From NCBI GenBank assembly GCA_016699555.1, contig CP064981.1, positions 247,876 to 311,875 of the forward strand: 64,000 nucleotides of DNA. Direction: 5' to 3'. This document shows, piece by piece, positions 62,515-64,000 of the stretch. This stretch comes from Candidatus Iainarchaeum sp. (GTDB lineage Archaea > Iainarchaeota > Iainarchaeia > Iainarchaeales > VGJJ01). The notes beneath the pieces are model-generated. The model searched no databases. It had not been told where the DNA came from and saw nothing but the letters and a program-made list of their open reading frames with translations. Position 1 is the first letter of the stretch. Each line of letters opens with the position of its first letter. The translations under genes were made by a program, and so were the position numbers.

Positions 62515-63162
62515 ATGAAAGTCATCGCATTAATCGCTAGCTTTTTGGTGCTCGCCATGATTGGATCTTCTTTTGCGTTTGCAGTCGAAGATACCGATAG
62601 CATTGCCAACCAGAACGAAGCAACTGATGTAGCATCCGACCCACAACCATCCGCAAATCCACAAGACGCCACCCCTTGTGCAAATGACGTGGCTGCAACC
62701 ACTAGCACCGCAACGGCAAACGACCAAGCCCAAGCAACTCCTTGCCCTACCGCAACGACGCCTGGGACAAATCCTGAACCGCCTGTTGTGCAACCCACCG
62801 GAGGAAATGGAGATCCAACTCCCAATCCATCCGGGCACCGCCGCAGCCGCAACAATGAGAACACAGAGGAAAGCACAGTTGTAGAAGATACTCAAACTCC
62901 TACAGCGGAAACAACCCCTGTTGCTGTAGCTCCAACACCTACGGAAACAAATCCACGTAGCGGGTCAGTCGATCCAGTTGTGGCTCCCGGTGCATTCTTC
63001 ACTGCAGCAAGCGACACCATGCCTGTTGTTGCAACAAATGATACCCCTGCACCGGACACCAGTCCATTGACCGGATTAGTCTCCACCGCCACCAACCCCC
63101 TTGTGGGAATTGGATTGCTCGTGGTGCTGGGCGGACTCTATCTCTATACGCGCCGCCATTAA
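62515..63162 (+). CDS. Secreted Pro/Thr-rich low-complexity surface protein with SPLTG + TM + basic C-terminal sorting-type signal
   Basis: 215 aa. Signal MKVIALIASFLVLAMIGSSFAFA; PT-rich body; C-terminus DTSPLTGLVSTATNPLVGIGLLVVLGGLYLYTRRH. GGAGGT lies before the ATG. Confidence 0.7.
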   Translation: MKVIALIASFLVLAMIGSSFAFAVEDTDSIANQNEATDVASDPQPSANPQDATPCANDVAATTSTATANDQAQATPCPTATTPGTNPEPPVVQPTGGNGDPTPNPSGHRRSRNNENTEESTVVEDTQTPTAETTPVAVAPTPTETNPRSGSVDPVVAPGAFFTAASDTMPVVATNDTPAPDTSPLTGLVSTATNPLVGIGLLVVLGGLYLYTRRH

Positions 63163-63170
63163 ATGCAAGA

Positions 63171-63206
63171 AAGAGTGCGCAAGCACTCTTCTTTCCTTCT
63201 TTTTTT
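63171..63206 (+). terminator. Hairpin (GCAA tetraloop) + T-rich tract after the PT-rich surface-protein gene
   Basis: AAGAGTGC-GCAA-GCACTCTT (63171-63190), then CTTTCCTTCTTTTTTT ending in T7 (63200-63206). Confidence 0.6.
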
Positions 63207-63247
63207 GAACGCATCGGCCACATTTTAAACTCGTTCGACGCCAGCTC

Positions 63248-64000
63248 ATGCGTATGCCTGCTTCCACGACGCATGGGTTTTCTCTCATCGCTAAAAATCA
63301 ATGGGAACTCCCCGCAACGGGAAAGATGCACGTGCCCGTGCGCGCAATCGCTTCCCCCTCGCTCCTCCAGCGCATGGACGCAAAATCCATCGAGCAAGCG
63401 AGGAATGTCGCCGAACTCCCGGGTATTATGCGCGCCAGCTATATGATGCCGGACGCCCACCAGGGATATGGCTTTTGCATTGGAGGCGTGGCAGGATTCG
63501 ACGCCAAAGAAGGAATCATCTCGCCCGGAGCAATCGGATTCGACATCAACTGCGGGATGCGCTTGATCGCAACCAATCTCACGCATGCGGATATCAAACC
63601 CCACATCAAGAAATTGATCGACGACATCTTCATCCGCGTCCCATCGGGCGTCGCGTGCAAGAGCAAGATGCCACTCAAAAAAAACCAAATCGATGAAGTG
63701 CTCTCCCACGGAGCGAAGTGGGCTATCGACGAAGGAATGGGTTGGAAAGAAGACCTGGCATTCATGGAAGAAAATGGGAAAATGCCCCATGCCGATCCCG
63801 CTGCCGTCTCTGCGCGCGCAAAAGGACGAGGACAAAACCAAATCGGAACGCTGGGGAGCGGAAACCACTACTTAGAGATCCAAACCACCACCGCCGACCA
63901 GATATTCGACGCTCCAACAGCGAAAGCATTCGGAGTCGAAAAACCAAAACAGGTGTTCATCATGGTCCACTGCGGCTCGCGCGGGATGGGACACCAGGTC
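63248..64000 (+). CDS. rtcB: RNA-splicing ligase RtcB, N-terminal ~250 aa (continues beyond the right edge)
   Basis: Not in the track because there is no stop in the window. My translation from ATG 63248: MRMPASTTHGFSLIAKNQWELP...MMPDAHQGYGFCIGGVAGFD...GAIGFDINCGMRL...GTLGSGNHYLEIQ...VHCGSRGMGHQ. An in-frame stop lies upstream at 63206-63208. Confidence 0.9.
   Translation, partial: MRMPASTTHGFSLIAKNQWELPATGKMHVPVRAIASPSLLQRMDAKSIEQARNVAELPGIMRASYMMPDAHQGYGFCIGGVAGFDAKEGIISPGAIGFDINCGMRLIATNLTHADIKPHIKKLIDDIFIRVPSGVACKSKMPLKKNQIDEVLSHGAKWAIDEGMGWKEDLAFMEENGKMPHADPAAVSARAKGRGQNQIGTLGSGNHYLEIQTTTADQIFDAPTAKAFGVEKPKQVFIMVHCGSRGMGHQV

Overview
This is an archaeal chromosomal segment. Supporting evidence: split RNA polymerase B and A subunits, the cluster rpoH-rpoB''-rpoB'-rpoA'-rpoA''-L30e-S12-S7-EF2-EF1alpha-S10, proteasome beta, aCPSF1, NAC and archease/RtcB. 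TATA boxes sit about 20-27 nt upstream of many start codons, and GGAGG Shine-Dalgarno sites occur inside operons. The window is gene-dense on both strands; I call 68 CDS, two of them partial at the window edges, plus one candidate small-ORF/ncRNA unit. Recognisable content includes a multidomain thyA, sdhAB and fumC separated by a hicAB toxin-antitoxin pair, Fe/Mn SOD, two geranylgeranyl-reductase paralogues, three GT2 and one GT4 glycosyltransferases, a carotenoid cluster (crtB-crtI convergent with GT2-crtYc/Yd), Sua5/YrdC, AK6/Fap7, Nudix, RadC, a DsbA-like protein and FKBP. Seven things are worth a second look. (1) A 6.9-kb AT-rich island (about 31.7-38.6 kb) carries a translationally coupled four-gene operon of secreted or membrane-anchored proteins. 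The operon ends in a 1160-aa protein with tandem PPC-like repeats and an M64-type HEFGH metallopeptidase, and is followed by two divergent 4-Cys paralogues. (2) A five-copy bipartite hairpin element (UUUCGG-loop hairpin, GCGAGAAC linker, second hairpin, often a T-run) sits at gene ends, with stems that differ between copies but stay complementary. (3) SdhB retains the [2Fe-2S] and [4Fe-4S] cysteines but lacks all three [3Fe-4S] cysteines, and there are no anchor-subunit genes. (4) An unannotated promoter-to-terminator unit lies at 11.03-11.30 kb (a 56-aa ORF or a structured RNA). (5) Two orphan genes are inserted in the S7/EF-2/EF-1alpha cluster, and nusA is absent from its usual slot. (6) A PT-rich surface protein with a sortase-like SPLTG C-terminal signal lies between archease and rtcB. 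(7) Polybasic tails are attached to many unrelated proteins. I recognised no rRNA, tRNA, CRISPR array, transposase or integrase. All homology statements rest on motif recognition by eye. Start codons are my best choice and several are uncertain (the ORF track also uses GTG/TTG starts). The lineage cannot be assigned from this window; a small-genome uncultivated (DPANN-like) archaeon is only an inference.
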